A model generated the notes under the pieces. The model searched no databases. It saw only the letters and a list, made by a program, of their open reading frames with translations, and was not told the origin of the DNA. Below, piece by piece: positions 20,985-31,401 of a stretch of 64,000 nucleotides of DNA (the first letter of the stretch is position 1; each line of letters opens with the position of its first letter). Origin of the DNA: an uncultured Planctomycetota bacterium. GTDB taxonomy: Bacteria; Planctomycetota; Planctomycetia; Gemmatales; Gemmataceae. A program made the position numbers and the translations under genes. The stretch lies in the NCBI GenBank assembly GCA_963849325.1, contig CAWKHF010000004.1, positions 96,001 through 160,000 of the forward strand, read 5' to 3'.

Positions 20985-21803
20985 CTATTCCGGTCGGCTG
21001 CTGTTGATGATCTTCACCGCCGCCTCCTTTATCCTCTTGAGCCGTTCCTCCGGGGTGTCAGAAATACCCAACTTCACCATGCTGACGATGGGAAGAGGGG
21101 GAAAAACCTTGAAGATAGCCTTGATCTCTTCGACCCCATCGGCGTAATCCGCCACACGAGCAATCATGTCCTCGTTGACCCTGACCTGGGGTTCCGTCAA
21201 CAGCACCAGCTTGCGCTCGTCAGGGGGCAGGGCGTTCACAAATTCCATCAACTTCGCTCCCACTGCCTTCGCTTCGGGCGTTGCCTGCTTGTAGTCCGTT
21301 TCCTCGTAATGGCCGAAGAACAACTCGTGGAAGGGCCGGAGGGATTTCAGAGGCGTCACGTCAACTTCGTTGGTAACGAAGGTTTCGGCTTTTTCCTTCG
21401 GCAAGCCGGATTCGGTGAGCGACCGAACGGCAGCCTGTGTAACCGTTTCGCCCTCGACTGGTGCGGACAAACGAATGCTGCTCTTGGTAAAGCGCTGCTC
21501 GACCTGGACCAAGGCTTGCATATCCGGCTGGCCATGTTGAGCCGATGTCAAGGTGAGGTTGTTCGGCTTGGTCTTCAGAAGACTCTCGCACCACAGGTCA
21601 AAGCAAGCACGTTCCAACTCGGCTCTGCTGGTGCGTACCCGCTCGTCAACAATGTCTTTGACGACCTTCGCAGCCACATCGCGCTGGAAAGCCTCCGTCA
21701 AATCACCCAGCGGCGGCGAAACGGGCTGCCCGCCTGTGGCCGTGGCCGGAGTAGTGCCGAAGTCGCCAGACGAGGGCAGGCCAATGCTACGACGAGTCGC
21801 CAT
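20985..21803 (-). CDS. Hypothetical protein (counter-oriented insert)
   Basis: 272-aa ORF, AAGGAG RBS, more AT-rich codons than flanks. Confidence 0.7.
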   Translation of the reverse strand: MATRRSIGLPSSGDFGTTPATATGGQPVSPPLGDLTEAFQRDVAAKVVKDIVDERVRTSRAELERACFDLWCESLLKTKPNNLTLTSAQHGQPDMQALVQVEQRFTKSSIRLSAPVEGETVTQAAVRSLTESGLPKEKAETFVTNEVDVTPLKSLRPFHELFFGHYEETDYKQATPEAKAVGAKLMEFVNALPPDERKLVLLTEPQVRVNEDMIARVADYADGVEEIKAIFKVFPPLPIVSMVKLGISDTPEERLKRIKEAAVKIINSSRPE

Positions 21804-21896
21804 TCCGTCACTCCTTGCGCCAGTCACCAGAGATCAGGCCGGGCAAAGAGGTAACGAAGCTTGTAACCCACCGCAAGCTCAAAAACGAAAGCGGCT

Positions 21897-22174
21897 TGTT
21901 ACCGGGAAGGTGGGAAACCGTTTACGTCTCGTCCCGGTATCCGCAGGGTGTGGACGGCATCGAGTTCGCCCGCCTTCAGAAGCTCGACCGGCAGAACACG
22001 GCTGCTGAGCGGATTTGGGATTGGCGGGTCAGGAAGCGGGAGGCCGTGGTGTACGGCAGGGGGAAGGTTTCCCACTCCAACCATCGCACAATCGTCCTTC
22101 GTGAATGGTGCAGGGTGCTTCTGAACGAAGAAAGACGGTCCACGGCGATGGGCAAGGTCGTTTTCCTCGATTGA
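21897..22174 (+). pseudogene. Diverged copy of the 3' third of 19948-20781
   Basis: ETVYVSSRYPQGVDGIEFAR...AMGKVVFLD vs ETVYVCSKYPNGVDGIEYAR...AMRHVAFLD. Confidence 0.8.
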
Positions 22175-22194
22175 ACTCCCCGGATGGTCTGTGA

Positions 22195-23974
22195 TTACTT
22201 GACACCACGCCCCAGCTTCGCCTCTTGCAAGCGCTTCAGCCCGGCTTCGGTAATCTTGGTGCCAGCCAGCCCGATGTCCTGAAGGTCGGGCAATTCGGCC
22301 AGCGCCTCCAGCCCGGCATCCGTGACCTGCGTGTGGTGCAGGTGGAGCGTGCGCAGCTTCTTCAGCCCCACGAGCTTCTTCAGCCCGGCGTCCGTGACCC
22401 GTGTTTTCGTCAGGCGCAGATCGGTGAGGCCCGTCAGGTCTTTCAGGTGGTCCAGGCCCGCATCCGAAACCTGCGTGTAGTCGAGGTTCAAGTGCGACAG
22501 CTTCTTCAGCCATTCCAGGTGCTTGAGGCCGTCGTCGGTGATCGGTGTGGCGGAAAGGCCGAGATGCTGAAGCTCGGTAAGCCCCTCCAGGTGTTCCAGC
22601 CCGGCGTCGGTGATCTTCGTCTGGTGCAGGTCGAGGAATTGGAGGGCCGTGCAACCCTTGAGAGACACGAGGCCCGCATCCGTCACCTTGGTCTTGGTGA
22701 GGCGAAGCTCACCCAGGTTGGTCATCCCGTCGAACTGCTTCAAGCCCTCGTCGGACGTATCGGTGAAGTCGAGGTTGAAACGCCGTAACTCCGGCCTTTT
22801 CGCTGAGGCGGTCTTCTCTTCTGCCGCCTGCTTGGGTCGTCCCGTCAGCAGAATCGGACCAGTACGCCGCCAGGACGACGATCCCGGCGAGGGCGAGGAC
22901 GCCACCGAGCGCCAGCAGCTTGCCCTTCTTGAGCCGGGGAGGTTGCAGGAAGGCGTTCAACTCGTCGGCCAACTCCTGGGCGCTGGCGTAGCGCCGGGCC
23001 GGGTCTTTCGACAGGCACTTCAGGCAGATGCGCTCCAATTGCGGCGGGATGGCGGGGTTCCGTGACCGCAGGCTGGGCGGGTCGTGGGAGAGAATCTTGT
23101 CCTTCAAGGCCACCGGGCTGGGGTCGTAAAACGGCAGGCGTCCGCTCAGCAACTCGTAGAGGACGACGCCCAGGCTCCACAGGTCGCTTCGTGCGTCGAT
23201 GACCTGGCCGCTGACCTGTTCGGGGGAGGCGTAGGCCAAGGTCGCCAGGGTCCGCTGCGGCTCCTGCAACAGTTCTTGCTCGGTGGCGGCGATCCCGAAA
23301 TCGGTCAGGCGCGGGCTGTTCTGGCCGTCGAGGAGGATGTTGGCGGGCTTGATGTCTCGGTGAATCAGCCCTTGACCGTGGGCGTAGGCCAGAATGCGGG
23401 CGACCTCGGCCACGATGCGAGCGGCCTCGTTGGTAGGCAGGCAACCCTGGTGCAGCCGTGCCGCCAGGTCCGCCCCTTCGATCAGGTCGGAGACGAAAAA
23501 GTAGCCCCCGCTCTCCCGGCAGATGTCGTGGACGGCGACGATGCCGGGGTGCCGCAGCCGGGCCACCTTGCGGGCCTCGGCCACGAACTGCTCGATCTCT
23601 TCCGTCGAGAACCGGCGGCTCGGCTTGGGAACCTTGACGGCGACGGGGCGCTGCAATTCGAGATCGAGGCCCTGCCAGACCTGGCCGAAGCCGCCCTCGT
23701 TGAGCAGCCGATCCAGGCGGTAGCGGCCCGCCAGGGTCCGGGGGCAGGAGTCGGGAGCGGTGCCCGAAGTGGGCGGTTCCTCCTCGACCAGCTTCTTCAT
23801 CCAGGCAACGGATTGGAGGGCACTGATGCGTTCCCTGAGCGGTTCGGCAAGGTCCGGGCGGTCACGGCACAATTCCTCCACAGCCACGTCCCGGCCCTGG
23901 TCGTGGGACTCCTCCCAGCGGAGCAGCAGATCAGCGAGCGAGTCGTCGTCAGGCATTGGGTGGTCATCTCTCAC
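22195..23974 (-). CDS. Ser/Thr protein kinase with TM helix and C-terminal leucine-rich repeats (frameshift near 22835)
   Basis: GGFGQV, VAVK, HRDIKPAN, DFG, YASPE; hydrophobic segment; LxxLxLxxTxVTDAGL repeats in the second frame. Confidence 0.9.
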
Positions 23975-24591
23975 GGGGGCGGCTCGCCCTTCAGCGCCTT
24001 GGCGAGAAGGAGCCGGGCTGACTGCCAGCGCCGCTTTACCGTCCGCACCGAGACGCCAAGGACGGCAGCCGCTTCTTCTTGGGAGAGGCCCTGATAGTAG
24101 AGCAGGCCGACCGCCTGCCGCTCGTCATCGGGCAGGGCCTCGACCTGGGCGTGAAACTCGGTCCAGTCGTCGAGGGTGGCCGGTTCCTCGGCGGCGTCCT
24201 GAAGCTGCCGGAGCGGGCCACCGGCGTCATCGGCAGCCAGCCCGTGCCCGTCCGTGTGGTGGTTCGCCGCCCCACCCTGCGGCCCGAAGTGGTGCTTGGC
24301 CAGGTCCAGCAACTCCCGGCGCATCTGCACTGCGGCCAGGTTGAAGAAGTCCTGAGTGGACCTCGGCCTGACCTCGGCCAACGAGCGGTGCAGCCGCAGC
24401 AGGGCGTTTTGCAGCACGTCGTCGGTCATCTCCCAGCGGCGCAGGTCGGGGAACGCCCGCAGCATCTTGCGGGCCAGCCGCCGGAGCCGTTCGACCGCAT
24501 GGGCCAGGAGTTGAGCGTAGGTAGCCTCATCGCCGGTGTGGGACGCATCCAGCAGAAGTTGCAGCGGTTCGTCGGTCGGTGAAGGCGGCAT
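23971..24591 (-). CDS. ECF RNA polymerase sigma factor
   Basis: RLRRLARKML...DDVLQNALLRL...RRELLDLA; LSQEEAAAVLGVSVRTVKRRW. Confidence 0.9.
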   Translation of the reverse strand: MPPSPTDEPLQLLLDASHTGDEATYAQLLAHAVERLRRLARKMLRAFPDLRRWEMTDDVLQNALLRLHRSLAEVRPRSTQDFFNLAAVQMRRELLDLAKHHFGPQGGAANHHTDGHGLAADDAGGPLRQLQDAAEEPATLDDWTEFHAQVEALPDDERQAVGLLYYQGLSQEEAAAVLGVSVRTVKRRWQSARLLLAKALKGEPPP

Positions 24592-25184
24592 AAAGAGGCA
24601 CCAGCGTGGGTGATGCGCCGGTTCGACCCGGTTCTGCCGGTGTGCTGGCCCCCTCCTGAAGAACGATGAGCGGGGGCAGGAAGGGCACGGCCAACAAAAA
24701 AAGGAGCGCCGAACACGAGGCCGCCCGCAGAACCCCGACCAAGGGGTGTAGAGAACAGCACCCGGCCCGACGCCCCCTTGCGGGGGCGTGGTCCAAGGCA
24801 CTGCTTCTCTACTTCAAGAGCCTTGCGGCTCAGGTTGGTCGTTTTCTGCGAGGCAGTTCTTGACGCACGCACGTCATTCGGGTTGTCACCGAGGCCCTTC
24901 TTCCGGCCACGGCATGTCCTGTCTCCAGTCCTCAACAGGAGTTATGGAACACGACCGGCCCGCTGCCGACCGCATTAGAAAGTGTAACCGGGCGAGGGGC
25001 CGGAGGCCAGGGGCCGAGACGCTGGGGCCGTTCCCCCGCCGGGGTGGGGAGGCGGGCATGGCTTCCGGCGGCTGCGGCCTTCTGCCTGCCACCCTGCGTT
25101 TTCAGGGAAACGTGGCCCCTCGTGCTGGCGGCGGTCGCTTATCAGATAGGGGGATGCCGGAGGCACAGAACGCCGAGGTTGCTT

Positions 25185-26726
25185 ATGGCAGATCAATGGT
25201 TCATCGTGCGGGACGACAAGAAATACGGGCCGTACAAGCTGGTCCAGATGAAGCAGCTTGCGGCTTCCGGCAAACTGCTGCCCATCGACAAGGTGTTGCA
25301 GGAAGGAATGAGCCAGTGGGTGCCCGCCTCACAGATCGAGGCCATCTTCCCGCCCACCGGGATCACACCTGCGCCGCCACCGCTACCTGTGCCCGTCGCC
25401 GCTGAACCGGCTGAGTGGCACTTCACGAAGAGCGGCGCTCAAGCCGGGCCGGTGACGTGGACGCAACTGCGCCAACTGGCGGCGTCAGGCCAACTCCAGC
25501 CGACCGACATGGTATGGAAGGCCGGGATGCCCTCGTGGATGGCTGCGGCCACGGTCCAGAACCTCTTCCCGTCTGCGACTGCCGCTTCGTCGCCTCCTCT
25601 CCCGCTGATGCCGGTGGCTGGGTCGCCTCCCGCCTTGGTGGATCGGGTGACGGGGCAACTGCTCTTTCAGGGCGGCGGGCCTGGAGCCGAGGACCAAAAA
25701 ATCGACATCCTCTTCGACAGCCAGAAGCTCGGCGTGGGTTCCTGCAAGGGCGGGTTCGGCCTGGCTTTCGAGACGACCGCTGGGCACCACACCGTCGTGC
25801 TGGTCCAGTCGGGGGTGATGAAAAAGATGTTCGGGACCGCCGGGAAGCAGCGGTCGTTCCCACTGGACCTTCAGAGTCCGGGCCATTACGAGATCAACTT
25901 CAGCTACCCTCGCAAGATGGGCGGGGTGCTGGGCGGGTTCCTGGCGGGCCTCAAAGGGGGTGTAACCGGCGCATCGGTCGAGACGCACAACCTCCCCACG
26001 GAGGTCCAGGTCAATCACAGCCCGCAGGCCAGACGCCTGCCGGGGGCCGTGCAGATCGACCCGACCGCCGAACCCACGGAGGCGGAAGAGGGTCTGGTCC
26101 CGAAGATGCTGCGGCAGCGGCGGGAGGCGGCGAGGCAAGCGCTGTTGCACGGCCTGTGGGAGCCTGTTACCGGACAGGCCCTCTCCTTCATGTTCACCAA
26201 GGACGGGGCGATGCTCCGAGGCGACGGCTTCGCCACGAAGTTTCGGTGGGTCGGTGACGACAAGCTCGAACTCTACGCTGATGACACGGACAAAACGGCG
26301 CAGTTCACGGTCCTGTCGCTGGGCGAGTTCGAGTTGATCCTCAAGACCGGGGAGCAGTCGGGCCATTTCAAGAGAGGCGTCACGATCACCGAGGCCGAAC
26401 TGAGGCGACGAAACGAAGAGGCTCGCAAGCGAGCCAAGGAAGCAGCCGAGAATTTCAAGAACGTGGCGTTTGGCGTGGCGTCCGTGCTGGCCGCTGGAGG
26501 GTTTGCCGTCCTGTGTGGTGGTGTGGCTGTTGCGGCGATGGGATCGGGGGTCGGCAGTGGAGTCCAGGCGGCGGGCGTTTCGGGCAGTACGGAGCAGTTG
26601 GGAAGCGCACAGCCAAAACAGCACCCGTGTCACGAATGTGGCGGGCGGGGCTGGCTTAGCATCGGCACATCAACCGAGCGGCGCTGCCCCCGCTGCGGCG
26701 GGCAAGGCGTCGAATGGCGCTATTAG
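25185..26726 (+). CDS. Two GYF_2 (DUF4339) domains, hydrophobic segment, C-terminal CxxCxGxG zinc finger
   Basis: WF..RDDKKYGPY; WHFTKSGAQAGPV...VWKAGMPSW; CHECGGRG...CPRCGGQG. Confidence 0.8.
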   Translation: MADQWFIVRDDKKYGPYKLVQMKQLAASGKLLPIDKVLQEGMSQWVPASQIEAIFPPTGITPAPPPLPVPVAAEPAEWHFTKSGAQAGPVTWTQLRQLAASGQLQPTDMVWKAGMPSWMAAATVQNLFPSATAASSPPLPLMPVAGSPPALVDRVTGQLLFQGGGPGAEDQKIDILFDSQKLGVGSCKGGFGLAFETTAGHHTVVLVQSGVMKKMFGTAGKQRSFPLDLQSPGHYEINFSYPRKMGGVLGGFLAGLKGGVTGASVETHNLPTEVQVNHSPQARRLPGAVQIDPTAEPTEAEEGLVPKMLRQRREAARQALLHGLWEPVTGQALSFMFTKDGAMLRGDGFATKFRWVGDDKLELYADDTDKTAQFTVLSLGEFELILKTGEQSGHFKRGVTITEAELRRRNEEARKRAKEAAENFKNVAFGVASVLAAGGFAVLCGGVAVAAMGSGVGSGVQAAGVSGSTEQLGSAQPKQHPCHECGGRGWLSIGTSTERRCPRCGGQGVEWRY

Positions 26727-26791
26727 GCTGATCGACACAGCCACCGGAATCGCAACAACCGATCAACACAGTGCCGGAAAAGGAGCAGGCC

Positions 26792-27721
26792 ATGCTTCGT
26801 TTCTCCTGTCCAAAATGTCAGACCGTCCTGCAAGCTGCCGCCGAGCAAGCTGGGGCTACTGTCGGTTGTCCAAAGTGCAAGTTCCAGATGCAGATTCCTT
26901 CAGCGGCTCCTACCGCCAAGGTCGCCTCGCCACCTACTGCCAACCCCACACCCTCTGCATCAACTGCTGCCCCCTGGTACTTCACACGGGACGGAAAGAG
27001 GTTCGGCCCTTACACCGCCGCCCAACTGAATCAGTACGCAGGCTCCGGCCAACTCCTGCCCACGGATTTGGTGTGGAAGGAGGGGATGGAGGGCTGGAAG
27101 CCAGCGTCAACGGTCAAGGGGTTGTTCGCCGCCCAACAGCCGCCGTCGAAACCGGCTCCCCTGGCGCACCCTTCCAGCACGCCCGGCAACCCTTTTGAGT
27201 CCTTGGCCACACCCAACACCAGTCCATTGACCCAGGCCAAGAACAAGTGGCAGGGCCTCAACCCCAAGGCGAAGGCGGGAATCATCGCTGGGGCGGTGGC
27301 GGTGCCGCTTGTTCTGATCTTGCTGATCTGTGGTGTGGTCGGCTTGCTGACGTGGGGAAAGTCGAGTCAGCAAGGAGGGGCCATCGCTCAGAAGGACGGT
27401 AGCAAGAAGAGGGTCGGGGAAGGGGGCAAGGGCGGAACCAATAAGGGGGAAGATGTTGGAAGCGGTGGCACGAAGTCCGCTGAATACGAACGGCAGTATA
27501 AGTTGGGTCTTCAGATGGGGCGGACACTTGCCAAGGGGTGGGAACAGTCCGGCAAGACTGATACTGTTCGCCAGCATTGCCTGAAGTCACTTCGGGATGC
27601 GGAAAAAACAATCAATGATTATATGAAATCGTATCCGCCATCCAGTGACGCAGTTCAAGGACCAATCGGCTACCGTGACGGGATGCGTGTGGGACTCAAG
27701 GAAGGCGGATTTCCTCTTTGA
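26792..27721 (+). CDS. Zinc ribbon + GYF_2 membrane protein
   Basis: FSCPKC...CPKC; WYFTRDGKRFGPY...VWKEGMEGW; TM helix. Confidence 0.8.
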   Translation: MLRFSCPKCQTVLQAAAEQAGATVGCPKCKFQMQIPSAAPTAKVASPPTANPTPSASTAAPWYFTRDGKRFGPYTAAQLNQYAGSGQLLPTDLVWKEGMEGWKPASTVKGLFAAQQPPSKPAPLAHPSSTPGNPFESLATPNTSPLTQAKNKWQGLNPKAKAGIIAGAVAVPLVLILLICGVVGLLTWGKSSQQGGAIAQKDGSKKRVGEGGKGGTNKGEDVGSGGTKSAEYERQYKLGLQMGRTLAKGWEQSGKTDTVRQHCLKSLRDAEKTINDYMKSYPPSSDAVQGPIGYRDGMRVGLKEGGFPL

Positions 27722-28183
27722 CGTTTCCCTCTCGGTGATTCTGCCGTACTCCCGGTCAGCTTCGGGGTAAAGTGGTGCGCATCGGCAAGCTCCTCGTGGC
27801 GCTGGCGTTGCCGCCATTGTAGCGGCGGCAAAGAACACGGTCGAGAATGCTGCTGTCAGCACACCGCTAACAAGAGCGGCCTGGTCGCTTCCCTGAGCAG
27901 ATTCACATTTGGCTCCCACTTTTCCCAGCAACGCCATGCGCCAGCCGGTTTTTGTCCTGCGACGGGCAATGGGGTTATTAGCCGACGCCTGCCACAGCAG
28001 CCCCAGGCAGGCACCCGTTATCAAGGGCCAGGCTCAGCCAAAGCGCTAATAACGGCCACCCCTTCTGCCACGCTGGTTATTAGCGGCCCTGCCACACCAG
28101 GGACGGCTCGCCCAGCGCTGCTTATTACCCCACCCCCGGATCGCCCCGGTCCATGAGCGCATTGTCCCTGCCGCCTTTCAGCC

Positions 28184-30175
28184 CTACGCCGCCCGTTTTT
28201 GCTGAAAAAGCTGTCCGATTCGCTGCCCGAAGCGGATTTCGCACCACTGACACCGCACATACAGCAGTTCCAGGTCGTCATCGTCCTGGCAACGGAAGGA
28301 CGGCGGGAGAGATATAGTAGAGACTTCTTCCTCTCTCTCTTCTTCCTCGTCCTTCGTCACCAGCGGCGACAGCACGAAAAAGTTCCCGTGCCGGTAGCCG
28401 GTCACGGGATCGTGGTAATACTTGTGCCGCAGGATGAGGAAGCCCGACTGCCGGAGCAGGGCGAAGACCTTGCTGGCCCTGGTGTTCGTGCCCGGAATGC
28501 CATGCTCCTCCAGAAACTTGCACATCAGGCTGTAGGCCAACTCGTTCTTGTGCAGGACGTGGTGGGCCACCCGCTCCAGCAGGCACTTGGCCGTTTCCAG
28601 CGAGCAGCGCATGTGCAGGGCGACCATCGCTGCCAGCGCCAGGACGGTTGCGCTCTTGGCCAGTTCGAGCCTGGGCTGGCTGGCTTTCGGGAGCTTCGAG
28701 GTAGCGGGGTTGCGGATGTCGAAGCCGATCTTGCCGCAGTAGGCGTGAACCTTCTGCCAGATGGCACGGGAGCGCTCCGGGTCGGGCAGGTAGGCGAGCG
28801 GGTCTTTCAGCAGGTACTCGTTCGCCCGGTCAAGCTCGGCCTCGTCGTAAAGGAGCCGGTCGGAGAAGGACTTGTCCGGGAGCCGCTGGCGCAGGCTCTT
28901 GACGACGGCCCTGGTTTCCTCGGCGCTGAGTCCCTTGCCCACCATGCAGTAGCGGATCACGCCCTGCTCGATGATGCCGATGGTATCGTCCGGGGGCCGA
29001 ACGCCGTTGACGTAGGTATCGACCAGCATTTTCAGCCAGCGCCCCTTGAGCGGGCCGAGACTCCCCATGCCAGTGCCAGTCGGCCATTTCACCTTCCGGG
29101 CCTTGCGTTTTTCCTTCGGCTCCTCGTCAACGTCGGTGTCCAGGGCCTCGACATCTGGCTGTCTGGCGCAGGCGTCGGCAGCGACCTGTTCCCAGGTTTC
29201 CCACGGTGCCGTCTGCGGCTTCTGGAGCCACTGCCAGACGTACCCGCACGAGTAGGCCGACCGGGTGTAGCGGCGTTTCTTCTTCGTCAGCTTGTTGTAG
29301 CGGTAGCCGATCCGCTTCACCTTGGGCACGAGGCGGTCGCAGACGAGAACCTTGTCGGGCCGGAGCGGAAGAATGACTTGGTGCAGGTTGTCCGGGAATA
29401 CCTCGACATCCTCCAGCCACGGCAGCTTCCGCCGCCAGGAGGAGATGATGCTTCGGGCCTCTCGGTAGGTGATCGAGCGGACGGGAATCCAGAGATGCAG
29501 CGAGCCGTTCTTCGGGTTGACCTGGAGCATGGCAGCACGCCCCTCCTCATCGAGAAGCTGGCGCAGTTCCCCTAGCCGTTGAATGAAGAGGACGGTCGAG
29601 ATGACCCCGCTGTGCCGGTCGAGGTCTATCACGAGCCAGCCAGTCTCGCCGTAGCCGGTCTTCTGCTGGACGATGCCGTGCAGCCACTCGCCCCGTAGGT
29701 GTTCCTTGAACTTGAAGGGGCGCTTCCATGTCGTGCCGATGGTGTACGTCTTCTTCTCCGGGGTGGAGATGAGCCAGGTCTTCCAGTCGTGACCGTGCCG
29801 GAAGCCAAGTTCCAGCATGATCTCGGCCTCCTTCTCGGTCGGCTCCACGACCTTCTCCCAGGAGGCATAGAGGTTCGCCCCGGTGATCTGACCGGCTCGG
29901 TGCGCCCGGAGGTAGAGGTCGGACTCGATAGCGGCAGTCTTGTCTTGATGAAGCAGGCTCCGCAGGTCGTCTAGCTCCTGGTCGGTCAGCGGCCACGCCT
30001 GGTTGCGCATCGCATGGTGCGGTTCGGCGTGGAGATAGAGTTGCTTGCCTACGGGTTTGCCGAGCGGTCGAAGCCCTTGCCTGTAGAGTTGCCTGGCCGT
30101 TTTCGGAAAGCGTGACGCTTGCTCGCAAACGGCTGGAATTATCTCGTGGTTGGTGGATATAATACTAATACACAT
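28184..30175 (-). CDS. Putative AEP-superfamily primase/replication protein
   Basis: WLVIDLDRH (hhhDxD), NGSLHLWI, VEVFP..LPL; start uncertain. Confidence 0.55.
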   Translation of the reverse strand: MCISIISTNHEIIPAVCEQASRFPKTARQLYRQGLRPLGKPVGKQLYLHAEPHHAMRNQAWPLTDQELDDLRSLLHQDKTAAIESDLYLRAHRAGQITGANLYASWEKVVEPTEKEAEIMLELGFRHGHDWKTWLISTPEKKTYTIGTTWKRPFKFKEHLRGEWLHGIVQQKTGYGETGWLVIDLDRHSGVISTVLFIQRLGELRQLLDEEGRAAMLQVNPKNGSLHLWIPVRSITYREARSIISSWRRKLPWLEDVEVFPDNLHQVILPLRPDKVLVCDRLVPKVKRIGYRYNKLTKKKRRYTRSAYSCGYVWQWLQKPQTAPWETWEQVAADACARQPDVEALDTDVDEEPKEKRKARKVKWPTGTGMGSLGPLKGRWLKMLVDTYVNGVRPPDDTIGIIEQGVIRYCMVGKGLSAEETRAVVKSLRQRLPDKSFSDRLLYDEAELDRANEYLLKDPLAYLPDPERSRAIWQKVHAYCGKIGFDIRNPATSKLPKASQPRLELAKSATVLALAAMVALHMRCSLETAKCLLERVAHHVLHKNELAYSLMCKFLEEHGIPGTNTRASKVFALLRQSGFLILRHKYYHDPVTGYRHGNFFVLSPLVTKDEEEEREEEVSTISLPPSFRCQDDDDLELLYVRCQWCEIRFGQRIGQLFQQKRAA

Positions 30176-30354
30176 GATCGTTTGGTGCCCCGGCTCTTTG
30201 TCATAAAGACCGGGGCATCTTCGTTTGTCTTATTCTTGCCGCCGCAGACTCTCGTGTTCCGTCAAGAGCCTGCGAATCACCTGCGCAACCCGCTCATCAG
30301 TGGTCCAGGCTGCTCTTGCCTTTCTGGTGAGGATGTGCCAAGGGGCCTGGCCGT

Positions 30355-30609
30355 TCACGTCTGTGCCCTTGGGTATTGCATTCCGTCGAGGATGCCGGTC
30401 GTCTTCTCGCTATGCCAAATCCAGAAATATGTTCCCGGCTGGCGGCTTGGTCGCTGGCTGACATAGCCTTGGGCAAACGCCTCGGCGCTGGGCCTGCCAT
30501 CCTTGGTTCGCAGTCCGAGTCCCTTGAGCCAGCGTCCAACGACGTGGCTGCTCACTCCGTAGAGTCGGCCAAGGTCCGTAAGCGACAGATATTCATTCAT
30601 GGGCCTCAT
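30355..30609 (-). CDS. Small HTH-like DNA-binding protein
   Basis: LSLTDLGRLYGVSSHVVGRWLKGLGLR. Confidence 0.65.
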   Translation of the reverse strand: MRPMNEYLSLTDLGRLYGVSSHVVGRWLKGLGLRTKDGRPSAEAFAQGYVSQRPSRQPGTYFWIWHSEKTTGILDGMQYPRAQT

Positions 30610-30851
30610 TCATCATGGTGCTTGTAGCGCCGCCGCTGGGAGAACCATTGACCAATGGCCTTCACTTCCTCCTCGATGTAGTAATACTGCCGACCGCCTG
30701 GCATCCGGTGCGCAGGTCGGGGAATGTTGCCACGCCGGATGTTGTGGTGAAACGTCTCCAGCTTGATGTCCACATAGCGGGCGGCATCCCGAATGTTGTA
30801 ATATCCAAGGCGTATATGGGACGGTAACAGCTTGTTGGTCATGGGTTTCAC
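30606..30851 (-). CDS. AlpA/excisionase-like winged HTH protein
   Basis: YNIRDAARYVDIKLETFHHNIRRGNIPRP...YYYIEEEV. Confidence 0.7.
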   Translation of the reverse strand: MKPMTNKLLPSHIRLGYYNIRDAARYVDIKLETFHHNIRRGNIPRPAHRMPGGRQYYYIEEEVKAIGQWFSQRRRYKHHDE

Positions 30852-31169
30852 TCCGGCATCGTTGCTACAGAATTATAGTAGTGTACCTCCAGCGAAATTT
30901 GGAACGAAGAGCGGAATGTGAAAAGCGCATTTCCATTATTGCGCTCACCACTACATCCGCCTGCCGGGATTGCTGGCGCACTCTGAACCCCTGTTGAAAG
31001 AAGGGCAGATTCTTCGGCCTTATGCGGTCACAAGTTGACGCCTGAAAATTGAAAATGTCACCTATGGTGGCTTGCGAGAAATATAAATATGAGGTCAACG
31101 AAAGCATATAATATGACGCCTCTCGCAATATAACGCATGAACGCCGTCGCCCGGCCCGACTATTGCATC

Positions 31170-31297
31170 GTAGAGGTTGTAGACGTTGTTGAAGTTCTTG
31201 CCAAGAACGGTGGGAATGAAGGCCGGGAATCCTTTATGCCAGCAACCTATCCTCATGCCTTAGAAGAATCATCTACAACCGCTACAACGCCTACAGC
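31170..31297. repeat. Inverted arrays of 9-bp repeats (putative origin iterons)
   Basis: Left GTAGAGGTT GTAGACGTT GTTGAAGTT; right ATCATCTAC AACCGCTAC AACGCCTAC. Confidence 0.55.
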
Positions 31298-31401
31298 CCC
31301 GTGGTCATGCGCCGCCAGTACGAAAAGCACTTTGCAACTCAGCCAGCCGTTCCTATACTGAGACAACGATAACGCACTCCCGCTCATCCAGTCCAGCATT
31401 G

